A stretch of 63,375 nucleotides of DNA, the filler included, from Bigelowiella natans CCMP2755 (Eukaryota > Protista > Cercozoa): the NCBI GenBank assembly GCA_000320545.1. It is 8 parts of 8 records of this genome, joined end to end, with 100 filler letters (N's around TTAATTAATTAA, not from the genome) between each part and the next. Parts side by side here need not be neighbours in the genome. Positions count along the whole stretch, not along the records: positions 1 to 8,096 come from ADNK01002898.1; positions 8,197 to 11,748 come from ADNK01001522.1; positions 11,849 to 39,718 come from ADNK01002619.1; 5 more parts are not named here. One strand, given 5' to 3'. Below the pieces are notes generated by a model, which was given only the letters and a program-made list of their open reading frames with translations, ran no database searches and was not told the origin of the DNA. Both the position numbers and the translations under genes were made by a program. This document shows positions 1 to 12,530 of the stretch, in pieces (within the stretch, counting starts at the first letter, position 1; each line of letters starts with the position of its first letter).

Positions 1-399
1 CCATGCAAGTAGTGGGGGTGGAGCGACACAACAAGCAGATGACGTTTCTCACAACAAGCCATGCATGCACGCGTGAGATGCACAGATACCAATTCAATCC
101 ATCAAAGTAGAGCAACGATGTTTCAAGGGCATGTTAGTTTGTCACGTGTGCTTATGTTAACGTGTGTTTTCATGCATGTTATGCAAACAGGATTGAAACG
201 CACAATTGTGCAAGTATCCGCTTCGAAGAGAGTTTTTCAATTCTTCGTTTTAGCAATTGGTTTACAAATCAAGTCACTCAGTCGTAGTGCCAGTTAGTCT
301 CCATCACAGGTAAAAAAAATATACCCCCAAAGCCCCAAAATTATTTTTTGGCCTAATCTTTTCCCCCCCATTTTCCCCCCCCCCCCCCCCTCTCACAGC

Positions 400-530
400 A
401 TTTCCTATAAGCCGATAATGCCGTATATTCTCAAGCATCTGGCCACATCAACAGGTATATAAACACGTAGAATATATATATAATGTAGAATATAAATCAT
501 ATCTCCATTGTCTTTTGGGTGAGTGAATTA

Positions 531-565
<35 letters not shown>

Positions 566-1029
566 GCATTATATATATACATGTATAAATAACAGCGACG
601 ATTATTATTCAATACCTTCAAACCGCATATCCTGGGATGTCATATCAGACATATCAAGCGGTAAGGCAGCAATTTCTGTACAACTGCCCTTGACGAAACT
701 AACCGAATTTGCTGATGACTAATGCCGATGCACTTCCAGCTCTGCTTCAAACACATGGAGATCGATTTCCAATACGCTATGGGGTGAGGGCAAGCCGCGC
801 CGCACGTCTCGAAAAATGTGTTGTTATTGCTGCATGAGGGAATAAATACGCTTCTAATCCGCGCGGTCAGGGATTTGGAAGTGATGGTGAAATGTGTGTG
901 GTGATGCTGCTACCGATCAGGAGCACGTCGCAGCCAAGAAACACGCTTTCAAGGTAGTAGAGTGAACGCTCTTACCTCTCGTAGATATGTGTTTCGTGTG
1001 ATATGTGTTTCGTGTGTGTGTGCAGTACT

Positions 1030-1071
<42 letters not shown>

Positions 1072-1181
1072 CATCTCTCTATAATGTAGTATTCTTTGCC
1101 ATCGCAACACTAGTGAATATATGGCTCTGGTACTGAAGGAATGGGAGATGGCAGACAGGTATGCATGTATTCGTTTTTATC

Positions 1182-1219
<38 letters not shown>

Positions 1220-1619
1220 GATAAATATGTATATACCAATATATATGTCATATGGAACTTAATTTCACTGACACTCCCCCCCCCCCCCCTCCCCCCCAGT
1301 ACAACTTACATCCACTGATTCAAATACGAAATCGAGCATACTCTCACCCTTGCATTGGCGTTTGTGTGTGTGTGTGTGTGTGTGTGTGGATAGTATTGGT
1401 AGTTGTCATATTTTAATATTAAACGTTCTTTATAACTCATCTTTCAGGGAGGCGACTGGTAGTTTGAGTTTGAGCCGTAGCTGAGAATGAATATTATTAC
1501 TCTCATTCATTGATGATACAGATAGGATACCCCAACACACACACACACACACAACGAGTGAGAAACTTCATCATTACACGCTCAAATTGGCAGAATACAT
1601 TCCGACATATGTGTGCGTG

Positions 1620-1662
<43 letters not shown>

Positions 1663-1692
1663 TATATATATATATATATATATATAGTATAT

Positions 1693-1723
<31 letters not shown>

Positions 1724-3230
1724 CGTATACAACATTACCATGTATAAGAATTTGCATATTGAAAAAACGGCCAAAATGCTCAAAACCAGGCTTCTTGACT
1801 ATGGGGGGGTTGTTTGATTTCCCCCCCCCCCATGGGTTTTTTGCAAAAACTCCCCAACGGTCCCTCCTCCCCCCCCCCCCCCCCCTCTCCCCTAGCCGGC
1901 CAAAAGCAACTCATAACATAGTGATGGCTCTTATCTCCATAAAATCGCAGTATGCAATGTGGAATCGGTTTTATGCACAATGATAACGACGAGATGAGCG
2001 TATTCTGCTGTTTCCTCAGCTGGAAGATGGATCCGTATCTACTACGCTACATCAAAAGGCAATTCCCAGAGGGCAGGGTACTCCTCGCACATGCATGATG
2101 TTCGCTTGCACTACTGCGGAGACGAAGAGCGACGGATTGCATTTTTTTTCCCCAAGTGGAATTGCCTTTGCGAATCGGCTGAGTATTCGTGGGTTTTTAT
2201 CATTGCTATCGTATGCGTGCCTTCTAAGGTCTCTTTCAGAGAGTTCTGTCTGTACGCTGAGGATGGAGAGGTGAGTGTGAGTATCAACACGTGTCGTGTT
2301 TATCTGAAGTATTCCAACCTGCGCGTCTCTTCTGTCGCTTGTTGTCAGTCGTACGTGGATAATGTAAAGGAAATAACGAAGCGTCTGGTAGAGAGGTATA
2401 GCACACAAGATTCAAACAATCCTCTGCGGCCATGGCATGGATTTACTTATCGTGCATACAATATACACACACACGCACGCGGATTATATATGTATATTAT
2501 ATATATACTGAGAGAGGGAGGTGGTACTAGTCAAACTTCGTATAGAGAGCGATGCTAATATACTTTACTTTGGGCGACGAGAAAAGGCAACCGACGTTTT
2601 AAGATATACATATATAAGTAGACAGGTGCGAATTAGCACTATTCTCCTGAGCTTTTCTGCATTCCCAGTGTATACCGAGGCAGGGGGCGATTTTGTGCTC
2701 CATACACTGATGCGGATTGTTTTTTCCTTTTGGGCGTGTGCTGAAAAGCGGCTTTAGCTACGAGCAAAATGAGAAGGCGCGAGGCGAGCAGCTGAAGGCG
2801 TGAGTTTATTTGAATCAGTGTTACGCATATATCAAACATATTTTTCTTTTGTTATACATAACGGTGCCTGTGTGTGCAAGGAGGGGGAGCGGGGGGGGGT
2901 GGGGAGGGCGGGGGGTGGTAATGTGTGCGTCGTCTCTTGCCGCGAAACTCTGGCTGGTTTGATGATACGATTGGTTCCTTCATGCCGTATAACTTGTGCA
3001 TTTGTCCTTCTCTCGTTAATGGTTTGTTTCCAAATCGACTCGCACAGCTACGAGGAAGAGAGCTTCCTTTCCTACTTCACCAGGTAAAGCAAACAAAGAG
3101 AAGACCGCTAACGAGTGCTTTGTGTATAAAAAGAGTAAAAGCTGTCCATATACGCACCTGGGTATTATTGATATTTACACACGTATTTTAGGTGCGCGGA
3201 GCACATGGAGGTTGACTATCAGCTCTTGTA
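400..3230 (+). CDS. Multi-exon gene of unknown function (ends uncertain)
   Basis: Chain of short GT/GC-AG bounded exons that join in frame: ISYKPIMPYILKHLATST / ATIIIQYLQTAYPGMSYQTYQA / LCFKHMEIDFQYAMG ... WKMDPYLLRYIK ... SYVDNVKEITKRLVE ... YEEESFLSYFTR/CAEHMEVDYQLLY. No family recognised. Confidence 0.5.
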
Positions 3231-3355
3231 TGTGAGTAAAGAGCTGTCTGCAAATAATATGAAAGAGCGATTTCGACTCTTCGCAGCAATAGTTAAGGTA
3301 ACGTAAAAACATGCTATAGCGCTTAGGATGTCAATATTGATTTAAATTACATATA

Positions 3356-3390
<35 letters not shown>

Positions 3391-4422
3391 GATATGAGAG
3401 TAGATTGATTTTCTCAATGTAATATCTTATGTACGGTTTAAAAAACGAGGCAGCGCGAGGTGGTTATGTGAGACATATTTTTCTCGAAAACGATCTATTG
3501 AGTCCAATAAGCGTGCGATATTTATGTTTAACGTCAGGAATGTTGGCTTCGTTTCGATTCAGAGAAGACTGGATATCTTAGGCAATTTGGGATTATCTAA
3601 CATAACTTTAGTGTTGATGCACGCACTTTAGCGAGTCATGAATTGCTACCGCTATTTTATTCTACGGTTTCTTGTCACTTTTGGCGCGCCTCATACCCCG
3701 GCGTGAAAGCTCAAGTTGTAGTCTTACTCGATCATTTCCGCATCGGTTTTAAGACAATGCTTGTACGTGTTTTGTGTGCTCAGTTCTTTAGAAAGCACGC
3801 TGGCATTTCTGGATAGTTGCGTCGAAGCGACGTCACGCGCATCTTTGTCGCCAAGGGAGGCCGAGTCGAAATTGAGTTTTGAAGCTGCACGATTGAGTTC
3901 CTTGAAAAGCGTCATTAGAAAAAGGACGCACAATCCTTCAGCGCCGTCATCAGAGGCCTCAACCACGCCGTCACGTGCGTCTACTATTTCCCCGGTTTGG
4001 AAAATGTCTGCCCGTGGGATGTGTTTGTCGATGTTTTCGATGTCGGTAGTTCCATGACAAGGCACACTGTTTGCTTGCGTTTACTGCTTCAAGCAAAAAG
4101 GTGCATTGACAGGTCCAACCCTCATCATGATTCGCACAAAGTCCGCGCGTCCGCGCATGTGCTAATTTGGCACTGGCATGGAGTAGCATGGCATGCATCC
4201 TAACTGAGGGCACGTTCAGAAACACATTGACGTGTTGATGGTCACCATGCGCCGTGCATGCTACTGCATGTGTAGCGACGCAGCGATGAGCTTGTGAATC
4301 GCGACGACAGCCATCAATGATGGCGGGGTGATCGCTGTCGCGGTGGCTACTCATGCACATTGGAAACAAACGCTTACGCATTCCATCACAAACGAGCTGA
4401 ATGCATGCAGCATGCATGCTGC

Positions 4423-4903
4423 TTACTTCGTCTGCTGTCTCCGCTGTCCGTACTCCCTTTTGAGGATCTGATTGCACCTCGCCGCCAATTTGGCCACAAC
4501 CTCCAGCGCTGCCCGAGCGGTGTTCTTTTGCTGCAGCGTTACTATTGCCAAGAATGCATCACGTGTCAATATGTGGGATGAGGAGCCGCGACAAATGAAA
4601 AAATGAACTCGCGGGAGGACGAGCAATTATAACAAGCATTCGCACGCCAAACATGAGTGACATGGAGTGTGCGCAATAATAGCTTCTCATAACATGCTCT
4701 GTAGTACTCCTTAGAGTTTCTCTTTTTGACTCAACTTCCTGGGTGAGCTGGTTCTTTAAATCGACAAGTTTCTTTAACTTCCCCGTCATCTGATCCTTCA
4801 TCTTGCGGTTTAGCGATTTTTGGTCAATTTCTCCTTGCTGAGCTAGTTGTTGGCTATACTGCTCCTAAGAAATGAAGATTAGATTTTGTTTATATATATG
4901 TAC

Positions 4904-4940
<37 letters not shown>

Positions 4941-4953
4941 TATGTGTGTGTAT

Positions 4954-4984
<31 letters not shown>

Positions 4985-7385
4985 CATGTCAATTTTACCT
5001 TTCTTTTTGACACTTTTTCAATATTTGACTCCAACTCTGAAAGCTCTTCTTCAAACTCGCCGACTTTGGACCAAAGCAACATCTTTCGTGTTTTGAGGAG
5101 CTGTCCCAATAACAAAGCATGAAATCAGACCAAAACTTCACTGGGGCACTCTACATACCTTGTTGTCCAGGTCTTGGATATGCTCACATGCTTTGTATTC
5201 TTTTTCTGCCTCAGCTGCTTTCAACTCAAAATCTTTAATTTTAATGTTTTCGCTCTCCATCATCCGCTCCATACTGTCCACTTTCGACTTTTTATGAACC
5301 AGAATTTGGATAAGGTGGGAAGTATAACCGATTTGAGAGATAAGGGACCTGAATAGCGCTGATGTCATCTTTCATTTCCCTCAAGCCAGTAGCTCTCAGG
5401 AAGAACTCATACCTAATGATGCACGTTCTTTGAACAGGATATATATAGAATAGTTTTTCAATTGATATTACTTTTTCCTCGGATCTGTACCTCCAATAAG
5501 ATCGCGGGCATCGTCTTGGGTCAATAGGACGCACGGATTTGTAACCTTCAATGGAAATTTATACGTATATATAACACACACACCACCCACTTCACGAAGA
5601 GAGAAACAGGGGAAGTGAGGAAGACAAAGAGAGAAAGAGCGAGGGAAACAGACATTTGGTATGAAAACACTATTTTTTGGGGCACGAATACATTAAGTAT
5701 GAAGCATATGGTGACATGGGTTGTGGTAGTGCGAATTTCGGACCTTGATGGAGAAGTGATGAAGAATTTTATCCAGGTCTTCACGTCTGTTTGATATGAT
5801 TTTACCTGACGGAATCCATGGATTATTGCTGCTTGTTGCTGCCTAATACATATTCACGGTGAAAACTACCTCTCTCCGAAATTAGGCTGTACTTATGTGC
5901 AGAGTGTCTATTCAGTTCCCGTTGAATAACGATTCGTTTCCCGTAAGTTTCAGGTTTATATGCTTTATCCCCTTCGTTCTTTAGGGTTACTTTTATTCGA
6001 GCCCAGCTAATGGTCAGATCGCATAAAATAAATACTTGAAAGTAAATTTTTGTTTCTAATACTTACTCTTTGCCGTTCTGGATGAGTTGCTTGATGGATC
6101 TAGCTCGGTGAGTTTCAGATGCTCTCGAATCCATGCAAGTCTGAATTGCAGCTATTATTGCCGATTTCCCAGCTGCACAAATTCCATTATAAGGACAGGA
6201 AGTTCAATGCTATGGGTGTAGCTTACATCCATTTGTCCCGTGAATAAAGTTAATATTCGGATGAAAGTCAATTCCAAAGTTCTGATAATTCCAAATTCGT
6301 CAGCACAAAAGCAAGGTTGTTTCCTCGTCAAGGGCTACCGTGTGGCATAAGAATTGTTCCAAATCCACTCGAACGATAATTCCGGACTCACGAAATTTAC
6401 TCTGTATTGTAGAAATAGGATGAAACTGCAGCCCATCGTATCACTCCATTCACAAACCTTTTTTGCTTCGTCTTTTTTAACCGGCGACTCGTTACGCTTT
6501 TGTTTCTTTCTTGATTCACTCTTCTGGCCCACGGGCGGGGTCTTCATCCCAACCTGCCTTTCCTTTGGCATCCTCCCAATGGTTTGTGTCCTTCAAATTT
6601 AATTAAAACTTTCCCCGATTAACAATGGTTGATAGTTGGTTTTGCTTTTATTGATGTCCTAACTTAGTTCTTCAATCATCTCAACACAATCTTCATGTGT
6701 CAATTTCTCTCTCTGATGCCGTATCCATTTAAAGTTCCAGCGACGAACAGGTGTCTGAACTGCAAGGGTTGTGTTCATGACCTTGGTTGCGCGTGGCGTG
6801 CTTGAAATGCAAGTGAGCTGCGGTCAAATGAGTAGTGGGCAAATCAATGTGTTTCATGCTTGAATTCATCGGAGATTTTGTGGTTGCGACATGGACAAAT
6901 TGTCACTCCGAAGAGAGAACTGCAAGCCATTTTGAGCCGTTTTTGTCGCCCTCACTCTTAACACCGAGGACAGATGAATGTTTGATCAACAGCCATGGTG
7001 AAGATCTTCCACCCAGGCCTTCCCATAGGCCTTGCGTTTTGTCGGTGCTACATCGGGCATTTTGAGGGTGCGACAACCCCCGCCTTGTCGCAGGTTACTT
7101 AGGCGTAATCGCCCTACGCGCCACACTGTTACTTATCCGAATGGCGGATAGATCTGCCTTGCCTGGCACGCTCTGTACTCGAAGCTACTCGTGAGATCTG
7201 CTGCGTTGCCCGCCGGGGAAACGCTGAAGCTTGAATATCATGCCATCGCGTCCGGCGACGCCTTCCACGGCTGCTGCTCGTCGAGGTTGGTTAGCACTGA
7301 TTTGAAATCTGGTGATACGTGCGTTTAACAGCAAATGCGCCTTTCCTTTCGAGATTCGGCTGCGCCTTGTCTCAGCCGCCTCCAT
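4423..7385 (-). CDS. SMC6: SMC6-like protein, N-terminal ATPase lobe plus first coiled-coil only (truncated or split)
   Basis: Spliced exons 6400->5290 read ESGIIVRVDLEQFLCHT/NFGIDFHPNINFIHGTNG/SGKSAIIAAIQTCMDSRASETHRARSIKQLIQNG/WARIKVTLKNEGDKAYKPETYGKRIVIQR/.../VTNPCVLLTQDDARDL/YEFFLRATGL. This contains Walker A (GxNGSGKS), R-loop and Q-loop in SMC6-type context, followed by coiled coil (LLWSKVGEFEEEL). Start (7385 or 6778) and last exon are uncertain. Confidence 0.85.
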
Positions 7386-7506
7386 GGTTCATTGGTTAGG
7401 TTCGACACCCACGGGCGAGGGAAAGAAAACGAAAAAGAAAACAAAGAAACCCAAAAGCCGCCGAGCCCGCAGCATTTCCCCGAATCTCGCGAAGAAGAGG
7501 CTCTCG

Positions 7507-8010
7507 ATGGACTCGAAAGAATCCTCTAGGGTAACAAAAGCAAGCGTCCAATGTGCAATGCGAGACGGCCATTACCACGCATATTGTGTGTGTGTGTATC
7601 TTTTCTTTCATGCAATAAATCGTGATGTTTTCCCCATTTCCGGGGGAAACTATTTTCTCTTCTCGCGCACCATGCCACCCCTCGTTGAGACGCGTATTGA
7701 GTTTTCGGAACTGCTGTCAGGGGCAGGAAACTGTGCAAGTCGTGTGTCGGTTTCGCCCCGAGTCCCAGCAGGAAATCGACAAGGGGGGCAGCAACGTGCT
7801 TGAGCTGAGCGACGAAAGCGACAAAGACTTCACGATCGAGCTGGGCGAGGGGGGGGATCATAAGTCCCAAGCCTTCACGTTCGATAAGGTATTCAAGCCG
7901 TTTTCAACGCAAGAGGAGGTCTACGACCATGTGGGCAGTCCCATCGTGCGGAGTGTGATGAATGGATATAACGCTGCTGTGCTGGCATATGGCCAAACGG
8001 GAAGTGGAAA
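7507..8010 (+). CDS. Kinesin motor domain, 5' part (conventional-kinesin-like), cut by gap
   Basis: Exon 7507-7530 (MDSKESSR) plus exon 7721-8010: VQVVCRFRP...FTFDKVF...TQEEVY...VMNGYNAAVLAYGQTGSGK (P-loop), followed by a GTAAG donor. Confidence 0.95.
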
Positions 8011-8096
8011 GTAAGGACCAATCCCTCGTATTGAGAGTAGTAGGGAGGCTAGTATGGATCAAAGCATAGAATATAATATATATATATATATATATA

Positions 8097-8196
8097 NNNN
8101 NNNNNNNNNNNNNNNNNNNNNNNNNNNNNNNNNNNNNNNNTTAATTAATTAANNNNNNNNNNNNNNNNNNNNNNNNNNNNNNNNNNNNNNNNNNNN
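8097..8196. other. Artificial contig spacer 1
   Basis: 44 N + TTAATTAATTAA (stops in all six frames) + 44 N. Confidence 0.99.
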
Positions 8197-8384
8197 GGTA
8201 GCATAGAATGCATGCATATAATAGCAACAACCAGCGGAGCATAAATTCAAATTGCACACAACACGCTCTCTTACTGTTTTAGGTTTCAAAAATTTATTGT
8301 CATTTGGTAAAGGGGTAGGGATGCAGGAGAGTGGAGAAGGGGGGGGGGACCAAAGAATAGCTGTTTCAAGTATTGAATCAATTA

Positions 8385-8638
8385 CAGAAGATTCTATGCA
8401 TGAGACAGGAGAAAGAACGCCTTTGCTGGCAAGTCTTGCCCCCCTCTCCTCCTCCTCCTCCTTTTCTTTCTCCCCCCCCCCCCTGGGGTCTGGGCCCCTT
8501 TCGGCAATTTTGAACGGCTTGCTGCAATAAAGCGGCCTTGTCTACATACACGCCATCCTTGCGAACGTCGGTTTGAAAGAAAATGACCACACTTTCCGGG
8601 TGGCTGGACCTGATAAGCGGCAATAGGCCAAAATGTAG

Positions 8639-8686
<48 letters not shown>

Positions 8687-9311
8687 ACACCACGCACATT
8701 AGCCATATGTTTTTGATGAAAATCTGCGGGTATGCTACATCTTGCTGCGGGCGATATCTAAATTGGAAGAGGTCTAGGCTCTACGTGACGTGTTATTGTC
8801 CGCCAACTACTGCAACAGCAGCGTTATTGGCTTAATTTAAGATGCAAGAAGAAGAAATGGTAGGAGGAGGAGGAGGAGGAGGAGGAGGAGGATTATGAAT
8901 ACGAAGGTGTACATGAGCATCTGTTCCGCTGCAGCAACAAACCACCGCTCCCATTCTTCCTGTGACATCGCAGATCCGCTCTCCTGAACATCATACTTAG
9001 TTTCAGGCTACCTCTGTAGCAGAAGGAGGAGAACGCTCATGAACGTCATATTTTGGTGATTCTTTTTTTAATTTACTTAGAGGCCCTTTCCGCTCAATCT
9101 AGGATGAAACTGTGCCCTCGAATCATACCGTAGTAGTGCCAGTAATATCAGGCAATGACGCAACCAGCGCGTACCCCGAGGGGAATGTGGACGAGCTTGC
9201 GACGTTCTTCCCTCCGTGATCTTGCCCCCTGTTTTTACCCTGTTCCTGCTTATGCATTTCAAACAAGAAGAAACACTTACCCGCAGACGTTTGCCCACTA
9301 CTTGAATAACA

Positions 9312-9349
<38 letters not shown>

Positions 9350-10209
9350 ACGCGGCGGGGGGGATAGGAGGGGGATAGGAAAGTAGGGAGGCATCAAATT
9401 GCAAATAGCATCATGGCAGGTGCACTACCTCTCCATTCATGTTTGAGGAAAATCCGACCCGATTTTTCTCATCATTGAGCCATTCAATAGCATCCTGATT
9501 GTACACCACCCGCTTCGGAGGACGATGCAGCTTCGATTGGGCTGCTCCACCATTGTATCCATCGTTCCCATTAGCGTCCTCTGAGAGGGCTCGTCTACCG
9601 TCGGCGCTATGCTTCATCGTCTCTCCTCCCCCTCCTGATAAACCTGCTCGTACAATATCATGCCAGGCACACGTTTGCGACTCAACGGCTTTTGCCTCAT
9701 CACCACAGCAACAGAGAACCGAGAGAATTCACACCTGCTAGAACGCCATCCATTCGCTTGGTTCCCTCGACATGCAACGCTCCTGCGTGATTGTTCTTCT
9801 TGGAAGCTTTGCTGGTCTTCTCCATAGCTCGCACCGACAGAGGCGATGCCGTTGAGAAGACCAAGAGGCCCCGCGTGGGAGGATTAAAGGTTTTTGAGGA
9901 GCAACACAAGGATAGCAAGATGAGAGGCAGGCTTCTGGCTCGCAGTAGCGCGTCTCGACGCCGACCTCGCAGCACTCCCTGTTTCTGAATTGTTAAGAGC
10001 AATTGCTTTGTCAGACCCTTTCCGAACGTAGTCCGATCTTTATCCCCCCCCCCCCCCTCCCCCCCCGCCCCTACTACTTTACTTACCACAGCTTTCAACG
10101 ACGCACAGGATGATATGCAAGGGTAAGAGGCCGCTGCCAGTGGCCTACGGGAAAAGGAGAGGCTGCGGGCGAGGTGCTGTCTCGTTTGCTGCCCCAACCT
10201 TCGCTCCAT
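8385..10209 (-). CDS. Bacterial-type SAM-dependent (amino-)methyltransferase-like protein with N-terminal leader, 3' end lost in gap
   Basis: Exons give RVVYNQDAIEWL / FPSGYALVASLPDIT / SQEEWERWFVAAAEQML / SHPESVVIFFQTDVRKDGVYVDKAALLQQA / CLMHRIFC. From recall, this matches the motif order DAxxWL-SLPD-W..WF-IFYQTD.k.dG.wvDK-LWHKI of an uncharacterised bacterial methyltransferase family. Not database-verified. Confidence 0.6.
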
Positions 10210-10589
10210 TCATTCGTAGGAGGAGCTCGGCGTTAAACAACCCTCGGAAAGTAGCTCACCGGCCCGAGGCCCGTGGCGCACGCAACGCGCCACCACTGGG
10301 CACTCTGGCGTAGCAGCGGTTAGTCAAAATTATATCGGCGGAACATCCTAAAAGTACACATCATGCAAAACTAGCCGAGCAGAGCTTGTCGCTCCCCTGG
10401 CCGGAAACGGCCGCCGATGAGAAGAAAGCACCTCCCCCTTAATATCGATTGAGTTTATACCCGAAACCGCCTAAAATCGCATCCATTTCCGATATAAAAG
10501 GGATATTTTCCTTGTCGCATGAAAAAATAACGGCCTATTTTCCTAAGGTGCTGCGATTCCGCCGAGGCCGCTGCAGTAGTCTTTTCCCG

Positions 10590-10902
10590 TGTCTCCACTA
10601 CCAAAACTTACTTCTGCCAGGGTTGTGCGTAGAGGGTAGAGGTGCGGGTGGTGCGGACTTACTAGACGACATTGCATATGAGAGCAGGATCAGAGATTCC
10701 TAGCTTTTTCTCCTCCTTCTTCTTCTTCTTCTTCTTCTTCTTCTTCTTCCAACATGAGCAATCATGATGTATATTTGTAGGTTTCAACTTGCTCGCCGTG
10801 AGAAGAGAAGCCCGCCACTAAGGGGGCTAGGGTCCTGTCCTGATGGATATCGAAGGGCCGTGCGTTCGCCATTCTCTCCGGCTTATGTACGATAGATAGT
10901 AT

Positions 10903-10947
<45 letters not shown>

Positions 10948-11586
10948 CGCGCAGTAAACGAAGAGAAAGGAAAAGAAAAATGATTTCTTTCTCCATGAAC
11001 GTGAGCTTGAGTTTGTGTTTGATAACGTCATCGTAGATACTTGACCACGGTTCTCTTCATCTTCGCCCCAGTAGCCATTCTCCCGTTTGCGAAAGAATGC
11101 AGGTAGTAGTGGTAGTAAGTAGTAAGGAACAGCACCAAAGCGAGACTCCGGAAGGAGCAAAGTAGTAAGGAACAGCACCAAAGCGAGACTCCAGAAGGAG
11201 CCACACAAAAGATATTTCATCTTCAACATCAAACTGATGCATAATTGACAGTATGTATGCAATAATGCGATTTGGTAAATGACATCTATTATTCGTCTCC
11301 ATCACCCCATCCCCACTCTTCCTCCTTCAGGAGCTATCTGTACGGCCTTCTCTCATACGACATGTGCTACACGGTATTTGTTTTGCTAGCGAGTACAGAC
11401 CGACATTTCAACAAGGAGACGGTCACTTATCAAAAAATGAATGGAAAATCATTTTGTCCTCTAGGCCTGAGCAAATGGCCTGTTTGCATGATGCATAATC
11501 GGCAGGTGTTCATGATGACTCTAGCGTATAAGATGAGGCGCAAGCAGCCATTTCGAAGGTGGTTTATAAAGCCTTCTCAAAATTAG
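10590..11586 (+). CDS. Probable 5' exons of a plus-strand gene (possibly the gene continuing after spacer 2)
   Basis: AG/GT-bounded segments near 10781-10886, 11331-11372 (SYLYGLLSYDMCYT) and 11465 onward. No family recognised. Confidence 0.3.
11117..11201 (+). repeat. 43-bp tandem duplication (2 copies, intronic)
   Basis: AAGTAGTAAGGAACAGCACCAAAGCGAGACTCC(G/A)GAAGGAGC at 11117 and 11160. Confidence 0.9.
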
Positions 11587-11621
11587 CTTCAAGCTCCTGT
11601 GTGCTGTGTATAATATAGTTC

Positions 11622-11692
<71 letters not shown>

Positions 11693-11748
11693 GTCTGCAT
11701 CTTGCCGACTCACCTACCTGAGATGTTGGCCGTTGTTATTATGACAGT

Positions 11749-11848
11749 NNNNNNNNNNNNNNNNNNNNNNNNNNNNNNNNNNNNNNNNNNNNTTAATTAA
11801 TTAANNNNNNNNNNNNNNNNNNNNNNNNNNNNNNNNNNNNNNNNNNNN
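11749..11848. other. Artificial contig spacer 2
   Basis: 44 N + TTAATTAATTAA + 44 N. Confidence 0.99.
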
Positions 11849-12350
11849 AGCAGTAGTATTAGCAGGTGTGATATCAGAAGGGTGTGTATATACATGCATT
11901 GTAACAGAAACACACACACACAATTACATGCACACTCAAAGCAAAATGAATATGATGGAGATGTCAAAATTTTTTTTTTCCAATCTCTCGCAAACTCACC
12001 CCCCCCGCCCCCGTCATCCTTACTTTCATCTGCAGGTGGTTCTCGCCTTGTTTTCCTACTGGTAAATTCGATTCCATATCTACTGTGTTTTGTTGAGGAG
12101 ATGGGCGAAAAAGGGAAGTTTTTGGGCTGGTTTTCGATCGAAAGAGATCATTGCATCATCATTTGCACAATGATGCGATAAACGACGATTTTGATGTCGG
12201 TTGGCATGATATGCGTTGGCACTTTGTGGGTACTACCTAGCGCCTCCATCTCCCCATGAGAAAGAGGAATATTTAGATTTTTATGTTCATAAAATGTCAA
12301 TGCATATATCAGTATATAATATATGCACACATACATATCATGTACATATG

Positions 12351-12406
<56 letters not shown>

Positions 12407-12530
12407 TGTAGTATTTCTCCGTATTTCCTCTCACGGAGGGCGTTTCCACCCTGAAAATCTTACTAACAATAAAGAACAATAGAATAGGATTAACCATCAG
12501 ATGGTGATGTTGTGCATTGGCCATCATCAG

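Noticed and set aside
1503-1983. Numerous ORFs with YIYIYI/CVCVCV/THTHTH/LSLSLS tracts here and throughout the ORF track
   Set aside because: Translations of intronic dinucleotide microsatellites that lack stop codons; not proteins.
3045-3214. Alternative frame ending LLHQVRGAHGG*, resembling a ubiquitin-like C-terminal GG
   Set aside because: No beta-grasp pattern upstream, and the other frame gives the repeated HME.D motif.
11117-11201. 43-bp direct repeat as a possible CRISPR-like array
   Set aside because: Two adjacent copies with no spacer; an ordinary intronic tandem duplication (similar small ones at about 984-1016, 24810-24837 and 32801-32847).
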